This document shows, piece after piece, positions 1 to 12,322 of a DNA stretch of 64,000 nt. Under the pieces are notes generated by a model. That model searched no databases. It was not told the origin of the DNA and saw only the letters and a list, made by a program, of their open reading frames with translations. The stretch's first letter is position 1. Each line of letters opens with the position of its first letter. The stretch spans positions 92,449,030 through 92,513,029 of the forward strand of contig NC_052154.1 in the NCBI RefSeq assembly GCF_902713615.1. The letters are read 5' to 3'. The DNA comes from Scyliorhinus canicula (lineage: Eukaryota). The translations under genes were made by a program, and so were the position numbers.

Positions 1-20
1 TTGTCTTTCCGTCCGTTCAG

Positions 21-113
21 GGGGATATCCAAACGTTGGCGCCTTATGCCGGACGAGATGCGACTGACTCCCAGAAGGCCGCAATACGTAAAGAAAGGAC
101 AGCATATATGCAG
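21..113 (+). CDS. Penultimate cytoplasmic exon of an upstream IgSF inhibitory receptor (gene 1; 5' part lies outside the window)
   Basis: Acceptor ctttccgtccgttcAG at 19-20 and donor cag/GTaggc at 114. The 93-nt phase 0-0 exon is open (GDIQTLAPYAGRDATDSQKAAIRKERTAYMQ) and joins the ITIM/ITSM exon at 969 in frame. Confidence 0.7.
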
Positions 114-968
114 GTAGGCTTAAAGAGTCGATCAAAAGATGCTGAATAACAGTCATTAACAAATATAACGGTGTATTGAGAAACATCTCTTTAATACTGC
201 TTTGGTACTTTGGTCGGCTTTAAAACTAATCGGAATGGCAACTACAGCTCTGTTTGTCCTCGGGGTCGCTACGTGAGAATTGAGAACAATGTATACACTG
301 ACACTCTAGTGCAATCGTAAGGGTCGTCTGCATTGTCTAAAGTGCCGGCTTTCAGGTGATAAGTTTTCACAGCATCCCTACAGTGCAGAGAGAGGCCATT
401 TGGTCCATCGAGTCTGCACCCACCCTCTGAAACAACACCCTACCTAGACCCACTCCGCTACCTGCACGTTTTTAAACACTGAGGGGCAATTTTAGCATGG
501 CCAATCCATGTAACCTGCACACATTTGGACCCAGAAGAAATCTACGCAGACACGCAGAAAAAGTGAAAACTCATCACTGATAGTGACCAAGGCGAAATTG
601 AACCAGGGTCACTGTGCACCTGTGCCGCCCTGAGACCATATTTACCTGGTAAAGTGGATCTAATGCCACTTATTTGGGAGATGACCAAGGCTTATCTTCT
701 GTGGCCTGATCAGTGACTTGGTCGTTATCACTGAAACAAAACATTACCACCATCTTGCTGTTAGTGGAATTTTACTGTGAACATTTCCGCTGTCAGGCTT
801 GCCCCAGTGACTAGCTGCACCACAACAAGTACTTCATTGATTGTAAAACACGTCACGAGGTCGTGACATGCAAGGTTTTGTTTTTCCATTTCAATGACTG
901 AGTTTAACTTTAGAGTATAAACAAGTAAAATATGAAACTAATTATATTCCCAAACATTGATTTCACAG

Positions 969-1136
969 ACCAAACCAAGACGACCTGACAATGCGCTGAC
1001 CTACGCTGCTCTAGATATGTCAGGGTCAAAGAAATCAGCAAATCCTAATTATAAGCATACAAGCACGGAGTATGCTCAGCTAAGGATTGAAAAACAAAGA
1101 GCAGATGTTATCCACACGGAACCGAAAGCGACGTGA
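969..1136 (+). CDS. Terminal coding exon of gene 1 with ITIM (LTYAAL) and ITSM (TEYAQL)
   Basis: Acceptor tttcacAG at 967-968. Translates TKPRRPDNALTYAALDMSGSKKSANPNYKHTSTEYAQLRIEKQRADVIHTEPKAT*. Both tyrosine motifs match the consensus (L/V/I/S-x-Y-x-x-L and T-x-Y-x-x-L) in the ITIM-then-ITSM order seen in PD-1/Siglec/SIRP-type tails. Confidence 0.85.
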   Translation, partial: TKPRRPDNALTYAALDMSGSKKSANPNYKHTSTEYAQLRIEKQRADVIHTEPKAT

Positions 1137-1439
1137 TAATGGGGTCCAGTGCGGAACGCGCGTTTTATTTATGTTCATTGTTAATGGCCGAACTGCTGCA
1201 TAACATCGAAAATGACAAACTAATAACCAGTGTTCTGGGGTTGGGTGGTTTAATAATAGGCCACCGCTAACCACAAACATAGATTTAGAAGCTGTCGCTA
1301 TCCTTCACTTGATTTAAGATGCTGTAATGAAATGGATTGTAAAATCACAAGATCTGATCAAACAGGCGATCACCAGGCATCTATCTGATTGGTGTTTGCA
1401 TTTGTATTTGTTACTTGTTGTTTAAGCTTTCTGAAGTTT

Positions 1440-1600
1440 TTGAAGCTGGCTTTTAAAGCAGACCAAGGCAGGCCAGCTGCACGGTTCAATTCCCGCACCA
1501 GCCTCCCCGAACAGGCGCCGGAATGTGGCGACTAGGAGCTTTTCACAGTAACTTCATTCGAAGCCTACTTGTGACAATAAGCGATTTTCATTTCATTTCA
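1440..1600 (+). mobile_element. tRNA-derived SINE, family B (…ggcgccggaatgtggcgactaggggcttttcacagtaacttc… with an (ATTTC)n tail)
   Basis: Near-identical copies at 2209-2415 (+), 22169-22325 (-), 29265-29360 (+), 37626-37790 (-) and 54738-54885 (+), plus a split copy at 40424-40528/44754-44820. B-box GGTTCRATTCC present. Confidence 0.85.
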
Positions 1601-2208
1601 AATTTTCACTTCACCTTGGCCAGGGGTTGGATTTAGTGCTGTTTTTTAATTTGTCCTTGGGATGTGGGCATCACTGGCTGGGCCAGCATTTGATGCCCAA
1701 ACCTAATTGACCTTGAACTCAGTTGTTTGCTAGGTCATTTCAGTGTGTGTGTAGTGTCCAGGTGAGGTCGGCAGAATTCCTTCCCTGACCGACATTAGTG
1801 AACCAGATGGGTTTTTACAACAATCAGCAATGGTTTCATGGTCATCATTCGACTTCTATTTTCATATTTTTATTGAATTCCAGTATCACCATCTACCGTG
1901 CCGGGATTCGAACCCGACACCACAGGCCATTACCCTGGGTCTCTGGATTGCTCGTTCAGTGACAATACCACTGAGCCACCGTATTCTCATAAAACATCCT
2001 AAATCATGCCCTCGAACCATGAGAAACCAATAATTGGGTTACTTGATAATTGGCAGTAACAGTAATCCTTGGTGGCAGATACAACTTTACCTTGGACAGC
2101 GGTGCAAAACAGGCCACAGAGAATTGACACCATGTTGTGCTCCCCGCTCGATTTTCAATTATATTGACTTCTGGATTTAAGGATGGCATTGTGTTGAAAC
2201 AAAAATAC

Positions 2209-2415
2209 AGGGGCTGGTTTAGCTACAGGGGCTGGTTTAGCTCACCAGGCTAAATCGCTGGCTTTTAAAGCAGACCAAGCAGGCCAGCAGCACGGTTCGA
2301 TTCCCGTACCAGCCTCCCCGGACAGGCGCCGGAATGTGGCGACTAGGGGCTTTTCACAGTAACTTCATTGAAGCCTACTCGTGACAATAAGCGATTTTCA
2401 TTTCATTCATTTCAC
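2209..2415 (+). mobile_element. tRNA-derived SINE family B, complete, with duplicated 5' end
   Basis: caggggctggtttagct occurs twice in tandem. A-box-like TAGCTCACCAGG, B-box GGTTCGATTCC and an atttc tail are present. Confidence 0.85.
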
Positions 2416-2525
2416 ATGACCGCGAAATGCCATACTACACGCACCGCCATATTTCTATTCATCCATAATGTCGCAATATCCACGTATACATGTATAATAA
2501 TGTGTATCAAATTATGTATATTTTC

Positions 2526-2865
2526 GGGAGCACGGTAGCATAGTGGTTAGCATCAATGCTTCACAGCTCCAGGGTCCCAGGTTCGGTTCCTGGCTGGGTC
2601 ACTGTCTGTGCGGAGTCTGCACGTCCTCCCCGTGTGTGCGTGGGTTTCCTCCGGGTGCTCCGGTTTCCTCCCACAGTCCAAAGATGTGCGGGTGAGGTGG
2701 ATTGGCCATGCTAAATTGCCCGTAGTGTCCTAAAAAGTAAGGTTAAGGGGGGTTGTTGGGTTACGGGTATATGGTGGATATGTGAGTTTGAGTAGGGTGA
2801 TCATTGCTCGGCACAACATCGAGGGCCGAAGGGCCTGTTCTGTGCTGTACTGTTCTAAATTCTAA
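2526..2865 (+). mobile_element. HE1-like tRNA-derived SINE with CR1-derived 3' tail
   Basis: Head gggagcacggtagcatagtggttagc (A box), B-box-like ggttcggttcc, and tail aacatcgagggccgaagggcctgttctgtgctgtactgttc that matches the CR1 3' end at about 44700-44753. Confidence 0.85.
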
Positions 2866-3879
2866 ATATCAACAAGCAACAAATGAACCATAAAGAATAA
2901 ACCTAATAAAACAACAATTTATATTGCACTTTCTACAAGCTTAACTTCTCCAAAGTCACAATGAAGTGATTTTCAAGTGTGTCACTATTGTCAGCATTGG
3001 GACTGGCAATAACAAGATCCCACAAATGTGGGTTCAGATAGCTTTTCCAGTGATGTTCCTTCATGGGTAATTATTGGTCAGGACAAGAGAATATTGGGGC
3101 TCTCCTACAAACAGTGATGGTGCCATTGGATCATTGACCACGAGAAACCATATGGGGATTTGATTTAATACCTTCTCTGCACTGCATACATTTAACAGTG
3201 AATTTATCGGCTTCCAATATCTACAAAATATTGCTTCAAAATTCTTCATTCAGCTATTTTTGAAAAAATATACAATTTATCGGGGAACAAACTTTAAAAG
3301 TAAATACAGGAAGTGGTAGCATAACATCAATAATCACCACTGATATTTATAGAGCACGTTTAATGTAATGGAATGTATCAAGGCACTTCTCCAGAGCTTT
3401 ATAAGACAAGCAATAACAATGAGCCACATCTGGGGATGTTAGGCTGAATGTCCATTTTTTCCCCCAACAGATAATTTTGAAATGGTGTTTTAAAGGGGGG
3501 GGGGGGGGGGGAAAGAGCTGGACAGGAGCAGAGGTGGGGAATTCCATACCTTAGGCATAGATGCCAGTTATAACTGGGATTGCTCAAGATGCCAAAATTA
3601 GAGGATCACAGATAGCTTGGAGGCTTGTGGAAATCCAAACACGAGCACCTGAGGACAAAATAACATGAAACAAATAGAAAGCTTATCTTTTTTTCCCTGA
3701 AAATGTACTTTGCAAATCTAAGGTTTTTTACTCAGAAGATGCAACATTTCCTAAAAATGGGCAAAGGGCGCACAACTGTTAGGTGGATTGAAAATGTGCA
3801 TCGCTGATGGGATAGTGGGGTAACAATCCCAAATGGACTGATTGGTCTTTACTGGCACTTGGCCTTTTTTAACCTTGTT

Positions 3880-4232
3880 ATTATAGAACAAAGAACAGCA
3901 CAGCACAGAACAGGCCCTTCGGCCCTCAATGTTGTGCCGAGCCATGATCACCCTACTCAAACCCACGTATCCACCCTATACCCGTAACCCAACAACCCCC
4001 CCCCCCCTTAACCTTACTTTTTATTAGGACACTACGGGCAATTTAGCATGGCCAATCCACCTAACCCGCACATCTTTGGACTGTGGGAGGAAACCGGAGC
4101 ACCCGGAGGAAACCCACGCACACAGGGGGAGGACGTGCAGACTCCACACAGACAGTGACCCAGCCGGGAATCGAACCTGGGACCCTGGAGCTGTGAAGCA
4201 TTTATGCTAACCACCATGCTACCCTGCTGCCC
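3880..4232 (-). mobile_element. HE1-like SINE
   Basis: Reverse complement of the 2526-2865 family. Further copies or variants lie at about 4566-4785, 4914-5240, 6085-6360, 13830-14178, 47853-48197, 53020-53450, 56190-56490, 58085-58415, 60547-60895 and 61900-62240. Confidence 0.85.
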
Positions 4233-5339
4233 CTGGAGTATTATGTACTCATCTGTATCATAATTTCTAGTGTATCATTGTTATTCAAGTGTTAATGTCC
4301 AGAGAACAAAGATATATCATGGATTGTGTAACATGGATGCAGATTCTTTAGTTTTTTCTTTCATAATTAATATTATTAATGCCTTATATTATAAAACTAA
4401 TTGTAAGATTGTGTTCCAGTAAAATAAATGCCTATCATACATTCCTGATACATTTTACTATTGCAGTTATTGTAGGATCATATCTACAGATTATTTATCA
4501 ATTTAACATACAAACAATGCCTTGTTTATAGATATTTGAACATTTAAAATGGAAATACATGCCACAGGGCAGCATATTTGTGCAGTGATTAGCAGTGCCA
4601 CCTCACGGCACCGAGGTCCCAGGTTCAATCCCGGCTTTGGTTCATTGTCTGTGTGGAGTTTGCACATTCTTCCCGTGTTGCGTGGGTTTCGCCCCCATAA
4701 CCTAAAGATGTGCAGGGTAGGTGGATTGGCCATGCTAAATTGCCCCTTAATTGGAAAAAAGGGATACTCCAACTTTTTTTTTAAAGAAGAAATACATGCC
4801 ATTGAGCAACAAAACAAATCAGCAGTAAAAAGCCATCCATGGCTTAATCGGGAAGTTAAGGGTAGTATTGGAATTGTTTTATACTTTATAATGTTACACA
4901 GAGACCTGGCTCTACATAGAACATAGAATTTACAGTGCAGAAGGAGGCCATTCAGCCCATCGAGTTTTCACCGACCTACTTAAGTCCTCACTTCCATCCT
5001 ATCCCTGCAACCCAATAAATAACCTCTCCTAACCTTTTTGGTCACTAAGGGCAATTTATCACGGCCAATCCACCTAACCTGCACGTCTTTCGATGATGGG
5101 AGGAAACCGGAGCACCCAGAGGAAACCCACACAGACACAGGGAGAACGTGCAGACTCCGCACAGTGACCCTGCGGGGAATCGAACCTGGGACCCTGGCAC
5201 TGTGAAGCGACAGTGCTATCCACTTGTGCTACCGTGCTGCCCATATGTTGCAAAGAATAGCAGTAAATCTGAGGACTGTAAGTCTTTTGAAATCAGCAAA
5301 GAGGTTCAAAACGCTGATCTAGAAGTGAAAAAATAGAAT

Positions 5340-6850
5340 ATGAGAGCAAATCAGACAGGAATACAAAAGCAGGTTGGAAGCACTTTTCCCGATATACAAG
5401 GCACAAGAGGGATTCTAAGTTACACATTTTCGTTGGAAGTAGAGGAATGGGGAATCTGAAAATTGCAAAAATAGAGGGTAGGCATCACGGGTCAGCATGT
5501 GACCAGTGGTGTAGAACAGGGACCAGTGCTGGGGTCTCAACTCGTTACAATTCATATGCATGATCTAGATGAAGGGAGCACAAAGACAGAGAGGATAGAA
5601 AGTTGTGAAGAGGCCAGAAGGAATCTACAAAGAGATGTTAGTAGGTTAACTGAGAGGGCCAAGATCAGCCAAGTGGAGTAGAATGTAGGAAAACTTTGGC
5701 AGGACTACTAAAAAAGAAGCATATTACCAAATGGTAAGGTATTGCAGAACTCGGTGATGTAGAGGGATCTGCATGTCCCAGGGCATGAATTGCAAACGAT
5801 TAGTATGCAGTTGCAGCAAGTACTTGTGAGCAAATTAATCCAGAAAAATCACTCAACATTCTGGTATGCTTCAACGTCAAATGGTTTATTAAATTACTGG
5901 GAGCAGCGGGCAGGGACTATCATGCATCTGTCCACTGAATGTAACAAAATCAGAAACATTTATACAATTGCACAGCCTATGCAAAGAGACATTGACTGGA
6001 AGCAGTGCTGGGCCGAAAAATGGCAGATGGAGTTTAACCCTCATAAGTGCGAGGTGATTCTTTCTGGTAGAAAAAAGAGCAACCTACCCAAGGTCAACAC
6101 CTCCACCTTATCCCCATAACACAGTAACCCCACCCAACACTAAGGGCAACTTTGGACACTAAGGGCAATTTATCATGGCCAATCCACCTAACCTGCACAT
6201 CTTTGGACCGTGGGAGGAAACCGGAGCACCCAGAGGAAACCCACACACATGGGGAGGATGTGCAGACTCCGCACAGACAGTGACCCAAGCCGGAATCGAA
6301 CCTGGGACCCTGGAGCTGTGAAGCAATTGTGCTATCCACAAGGCTACCGTGCTGCCCATGTGAAAGCATTGGAAAGGGTGCAAAGCAGATTTACCAGGAT
6401 GCTGCCTGGTTTGGAGGATAGGTCTTATGAGGAAAGGTTGAGGAAGCTAGGGCTTTTCTCTTTGGAGCGGAGGAGGATGAAAGGTGACGTAATAGAGGTT
6501 TATAAGATGACGAAGGGGATAGATAGAGTGGACATCATAGACTATTTCCTCGGGTGGATGTAGCTGTTACAAGTGGGCATAACTGTCAGATTCAGGGTGG
6601 GAGATATAGGAGAGATGTCCGAGGTAGGTTCTTTATTCAGAGAGTGGTTAGGGTGTGGGATGGACTGCCTGATGTGATAGTGGAGTCAGACACATTAGGA
6701 ACATTCAAGCGGTTATTGGATATGCACATGGAGCACACCAGAATGACAGGGAGTGGGATAGCTTGATCTTGGTTTCGGACAATGCTCGGAACAACATCGA
6801 GGGCTGAAGGGCCTGTTCTGTGCTGTACTGTTCTCTGTTCTATCTTCTAT
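5340..6850 (+). mobile_element. Degenerate CR1 RT 3' fragments interrupted by a SINE
   Basis: Remnants WAEKWQMEFNPHKCEVI and ALERVQSRFTRMLPGL…LFSLERRR, followed by a CR1 3' tail (gggcctgttctgtgctgtactgttc). Confidence 0.75.
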
Positions 6851-7061
6851 GTTTGCTATACACAATCCCATAACAAGTATTGGTTGGTAGGTAACACGGC
6901 CTGCTTAATGGAAGATGGAATCCTCCTTTCTCAGCTGTCCTTGGGTTTCCTGGATGCACATTGACTGTTTTATTCATTTAGAGGATGTAGGCATCGCTTG
7001 TGAGGCCATCGTTTAATGCCCATCCCTAGTTGCCATTCAGAATGTGGTGGTGAGTTGTCTT

Positions 7062-10000
7062 ACAAAGAACAAAGATCAAAGAAAAATTACAGCACAGGAA
7101 CAGGCCCTTCGGCCCTCCAAGCCTGCGCCGATCCAGATCCTCTATCTAAAACTGTTGCCTATTTTCTAAGGATATATATCCCTCTGCTCCCTGCCCATTC
7201 ATGTATCTGTCTAGATACATCTTAAATGACGCTATCATGCCAGCCTCTACCACCTCTGCAATGCGTTCCAGACACCCACCACCCTCTGCTTAAAGAACTT
7301 TCCACGCATATCTCCCTTAAACTTTTCCCCTCTCACCTTGAACTCGTGACCCCCAGTAATTGAGTCGCCCACTCTGGGAAAAAGCTTCTTGATATCCACC
7401 CTGTCTATACCTCTCATGATTTTGTAGACCTCAATGAGATCCCCCCTCAACCCCTGTATTTCTAATGAAAATAATCCTAATCTACTCAATTTGTCTTCAT
7501 AGCTAGCGCCCTCCATACCAGGCAACATCCTGGTGAACCTCCTTTGCACCTTATCCAAAGCATCCACATCCTTTTAGTAATGTGGCGACCAGAACTGTAC
7601 GCCGTATTCCAAATGTGGTGACCAGAACTGAACACAGCATTCCAAATGTGGCCAAACCAAAGTCTTATACATCTGTAACATGACTTGCCAACTCGTGTAC
7701 TCAGTACCTCTTCCGATGAAGGAAAGCATGCAGTATGCCTTCTTGACCACTCTATTGACCTGCAGCCACCTTCAGGGTACAATGGACCTGAACACCCAGA
7801 TCTCTCTGTACATCAATTTTCCCCAGGGCTTTTTGATTTACCATACAGTTCACTCTTGAATTGGATCTTCCAAAATGCATTACCTCGGATTGAACTCCAT
7901 CTGCCATTTCTCCGCACAATTCTCCAATCTACCTATATTCTGCTGTATTCTCTGACAGTCCCCTTCACTATCTGCAACTCCACCAATCTTAGTGTCATCT
8001 GCAAACTTGCTAATTAGACCACCTATACCTTCCTCCAGATTATTTATGTATATCTCACACAACAGTGGTCCCAACAGAGATCCCTGTGGAACACCACAGG
8101 TCACAGTTCACTATTTTGAGTAACTCCCTTCCACTACTACTCTCTGTCTCCTGTTGCCCAGCCAGTTCTTTATCCATCTAGCTACCTGGACCCCGCGAGA
8201 CTTCACTTTCTCCATCAGTCTACCATGGGAAACCTTATCAAATGCCTTACTGAAGTCCATGTATATGACATCTACATCCCTTCCCTCATCAATCAACTTT
8301 GTCACTTTCTCAAAGAATTCTATGAAGTTGATAAGACATAACCTTTGCTGCACAAAACCATGTTGCCTATCACTGATAAGCCCATTTTCTGCCAAATGGG
8401 AATAGATCCTATCCCTCAGTATCTTCTCCAGTAGCTTCCCTACCACTGACATCAGGCTCTCCAGTATATAATTACCTAGATTATCCCTGCTACCCTTCTT
8501 AAACAAGGGGACAACATTAGCAATTCTCCAGTCCTCCGGTACATCACCCGTGTTCAAGGATGCTGCAAAGATGTCTGTTAAGGCCCCAGCTATTTCCTCT
8601 CTCATTTCCCTCAGTAACCTGGGATAGATCCCATCCGGACCTGGGGACTTGTCCACCTTAATGCCTTTTAGAATACCTAACACATCCTCCCTCCTTATGC
8701 CGACTTGACCGAGAGTAATCAAACATCTATCCTTAACCTCAACATCCATCATGTCCCTATCCTAGGTAAATACCGATGCAAAGTACTCGTTAAGAATCTC
8801 ACCCATTTTCTCTGACTCCACACATAACTTTCCTCCTTTGTCCTTGAGTGGGCCAACCCTTTCTCTAGTTACCCTCTTGCTCCTTATATATGAATAACAG
8901 GCTTTGGGATTTTCCTTAACCCTGGTTGCTAAAGATATTTCATGACCCCTTTTAGCCCTCTTGATTCCTCGTTTCAGATTGGTCCGACTGAAACTTCAAC
9001 CACCTGGCCGGGCTCATTCCCCAACATGAGGTCCAGTATGGCCCTTCCCGAGTTGGACTTTTACATCCTGCTCTATAAAACCCTCCTGGATGCTCCTTAC
9101 AAATTCTGCTCCATCTAGACCTCTGACACTAAGTGTATCCCAGTCAATGTTGGGAAAATTAAAATCTATCACCACCACCCTGTTGCTTCTACACCTTTCC
9201 ATAATCGGTTTCCATATTTGTACCTCTATCTCATGCTCACTTTTGGGATGTCTGTAGTACAACCCCAACATTGTTACCACACCCTTCCTATTTCTGAGCT
9301 CTGCCCAAATCACTTCACTGCTCGAGACCTCCATAGCACCCTCCTTCAGCTCAGCTGTGATATCCTCTCTCACCAGTAATGCAACTCATTCACCCCTTTT
9401 ACCTCCCTCTCTATCCCGCCTGAAGCATCGATATCCTGTGATATTTAGTTGCCAATCATGCCCTTCCCTCAACCAAGTCTCAGTAATAGCAATAACATCA
9501 TACTCCCAGGTACTAATCCAAACCCTAAGATCATCTATCCTACCTACTACACATTTAGCATTAAACCAAATGCACCTCAGACCACCAGTCCCTTTGCGTT
9601 CATCATCTGCTCCCTGTCTACTCTTCCCCTTAGTTACACTGATTTCATGACTTCATAGTTCTTTACAGGCTTTAGTTACTGCCTCCTTACTGTCCACTAA
9701 CCGCCTCATTTAGTTCCCATCACCCTGCCACATTAGTGTAAACCTCCCCAACAGCGTTATCAAAAGCACCCCCAAGGACATTGGTTCCAGTCCAGCCCAG
9801 GTGTAGTCCCTCCAATTTGTAGTCATCCCATCTCCCCCAGAACCGGTCCCAATGTCCCAAAAATCTGAACCCCTCCCTCCTGCACCATCTCTCAGGTCAC
9901 GAATTCATCCTGCCTATTCTTTCATTTCTACTCTGACTACCACGTGGCACTGGTAGCAATCCTGAGATTACTATCACTGAGGTCCGACTTTGTAACTTAG

Positions 10001-11139
10001 CTCCTAACTCCCTAAATTCTGCTTGTAGGACCTCATCCCGTTTTTTACAGATAGCATTGGTGCCTATATGCACCACGACAACTGGCTGTTCTCCCTCCCC
10101 CTTCAGAATGTTCTGCAGCCGATCTGAGACATCCCCGACCCGTGCACCTGGGAGGCAACATACCATTGGGGAGTCTCGTTTTCAAACACAGAACCACCTA
10201 GCTACCCCCCTTACAATTGAATCGCCTATGACTATAGCCCTGCCACTCCTTTTCCCGCCCTTCTGTACAGCAGAGCCAGCCACGGTGCCATGAGCATGGC
10301 TACTGCTGCCTTCCCCTGGTGAGCCATCTCCCCCAACAGTATCCAAAATGGTATCCCTGTTTTGGAGGGAGATGACCGTATGGGGACACCTGTACTGCCT
10401 TCCTGCTTTTTCTCTGCCTTTTAGTCACCCATTCCCTTTTTCCCTCAGCAATCCTAATCTGTGGTGTGACCAAGTCGCTAAATGTGCTATCCACAGCCTC
10501 CTCAGAATCATGGATGCTCCAAAGTGAGTCCATCCGCAGCTCCAGAGCCACCATGCAGTCTAACAAGAGCTGCAGCTGGACACACTTCCCGCACGTGAAT
10601 GCGCCAGGCACATCAGCCACGTCCCTGAGCTCCCACATTGAGCAAGAGGAGCATAACACTGGTCTGAGATCTCCTGCCATTTTTAATCTTAAAGTTAACT
10701 TAATCCAACTATAATACCAAATAATAGATAAATGAAAAAGGGAAAAAAAGAAAAATTGTTACCAATCACACGTTAAAAAAATAGAAATAGAAAACCTAAA
10801 CTTATCAACACGCCTCAGGGAAAACAAAAACTACTTACCAGTCACCAGCCAATCACTTACCTGCTGGCGGTGACATCACGGTTCAACTTCTTTCTACTTT
10901 AACCTGCTCTCGAGTCTCCCTCTTGATCTTTACTCGGCTGGGATCCTTACATTGATTGTGTTTTTTTTTGGTTAGAGGAGGAGGTAGGGAGGGAAACACT
11001 GAAGAAGTGTTTGGTGTTTCACTGTCACTTGACAACAGCTCCTCCACAAACCACCTTCTGGATACAGTGACCGCAATGCAATGATGCAAATTTTCCCCGC
11101 AACAGCCAATCAGCGGCTCCACTCTGCTGCCCTCTGCTG
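7062..11139 (-). mobile_element. Full-length but degenerate CR1 LINE (ORF1 zinc finger + esterase; ORF2 APE + RT)
   Basis: Minus-strand fragments CSSCSMW…CGKC (ORF1), VHIGTN (SGNH esterase), LYYRHP…DFNFPNIDW (APE), and DFSKAFDKV, GVPQGSLLGP, FADD (RT). The 5' end cagcagagggcagcag matches the intact copy at 40529. The 3' tail is (TTCTTTG)n. Many stops, frameshifts and internal deletions. Confidence 0.9.
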
Positions 11140-11666
11140 TATGCTCGCCTTCACTTGAAAACGGAGGGTGTCTTGCTCAGGTACAACTTCTGGACAGAGT
11201 GACTGCAATGCATTGATGCACCTGGGCAATTTTCTGCATTGCCGGTTAGATGCCAGTGCTGCAGCTGTATTGGTACAGCTTGGCTAGTGTTCATAGATCA
11301 TAGAACGATACAGCGCAGTACAGGCCCTTCGGCCCACGATGTTGCACCAACATGGGAAGTCAAAAACTAACGGCCATCTAACCTACACTCTGCCATTATA
11401 ATCCATATGCTTATCCAATAAACTTTTAAATGCCCTCAATGTTGGCGAGTGCACTACTGTTGCAGGTAGGGCATTCCACGGCCTCACCACTCTTTGCGTA
11501 AAAAACCTACCTCTGACCTCTGTCCTCTATCTATTACCCCTCAATTTAAGACTATGTCCCCTCGTGCTAGCCACCTCCATCCGCGGGAGAAGGCTCTCAC
11601 TGTCCACCCTATCTAACCCTTTGATCATTTTGTATGCCTCTAGGGGCAGCACGGTAGCATGGTGGT

Positions 11667-12322
11667 CAGGGTCGGCTCAAGGCACCGGCAACTCGGGCTG
11701 TTGCCCGGGGCGCCATGTGCTAGGGGGCGCCAGACTCGGGTCCCGCGCATGCGCAGTTGGGCCGGCGCCAACCAGCGCATGCGCGGTGGCCGCACTCCCC
11801 CAGTGTGGCCGCGCTCCCCCAGGGCCGCCCCCCCCCCCCCCCCGCTCGGTCCGCTCGCCCGCTCCCCCCCCCGCCTCGGGTCCGCCCGCCCCGCCCCCTC
11901 CCTCGGGTCCGCCCGCCCCGCCCCCTCCCTCGGGTCCGCCCGCCCCGCCCCCTCCCTCGGGTCCGCCCGCCCCGCCCCCTCCCTCGGGTCCGCCCGCCCC
12001 GCCCCCTCCCTCGGGTCCGCCCACCCCGCCCCCTCCCTCGGGTCCGCCCCCCCCCTCGGCCCCCCCCCTCTCGCCCCCCCCCTCGGCCCCCCCCTCGGCC
12101 CCCCCTCGCCCCCCCCCCCTCGGCCCCCCCCCCCCTCGCCCCCCCCCTCGCCCCCCCCCCCTCGGCCCCCCCCCTCGGCCCCCCCCCCTCGGCCCCCCCC
12201 CCCTCGGACCCCCCCCCCGGCCCCGCGGCCCCCCTCGGCCCCGCCCCCCTCTCGGCCCCCCCCCCCCAAGGGCGCCGAAGTTCAGCTTGCCCGGGGCGCC
12301 AGCAACCCTAGGGCCGGCGCTG
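11667..12322. mobile_element. hAT-type non-autonomous DNA transposon (MITE), 656 bp
   Basis: Perfect 8-bp TSD ATGGTGGT at 11659-11666 and 12323-12330. Imperfect TIRs CAGGGTCGGCTCAAGGC / CAGCGCCGGCCCTAGGG match at 12/17. Subterminal TTGCCCGGGGCGCC at 11701 and 12287. An 8-bp TSD is characteristic of hAT elements. Confidence 0.85.
11874..12267. repeat. GC-rich minisatellite inside the MITE
   Basis: About 6.5 copies of the 27-bp unit CCTCGGGTCCGCCCGCCCCGCCCCCTC, followed by a looser (CCCTCGGCCCCC)n array. Confidence 0.9.

Noticed and set aside
2526-2620. tRNA genes
   Set aside because: The A/B boxes belong to SINE heads that continue into a SINE body and LINE tail. No complete cloverleaf was evident.
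4032-4217. Recurrent ORF MVVSINASQLQGPRFDS… and similar 60-120 aa ORFs
   Set aside because: These are translations of SINE copies, repeated many times in the window.
11874-12267. CRISPR-like array
   Set aside because: The units are contiguous with no unique spacers, and the context is eukaryotic.
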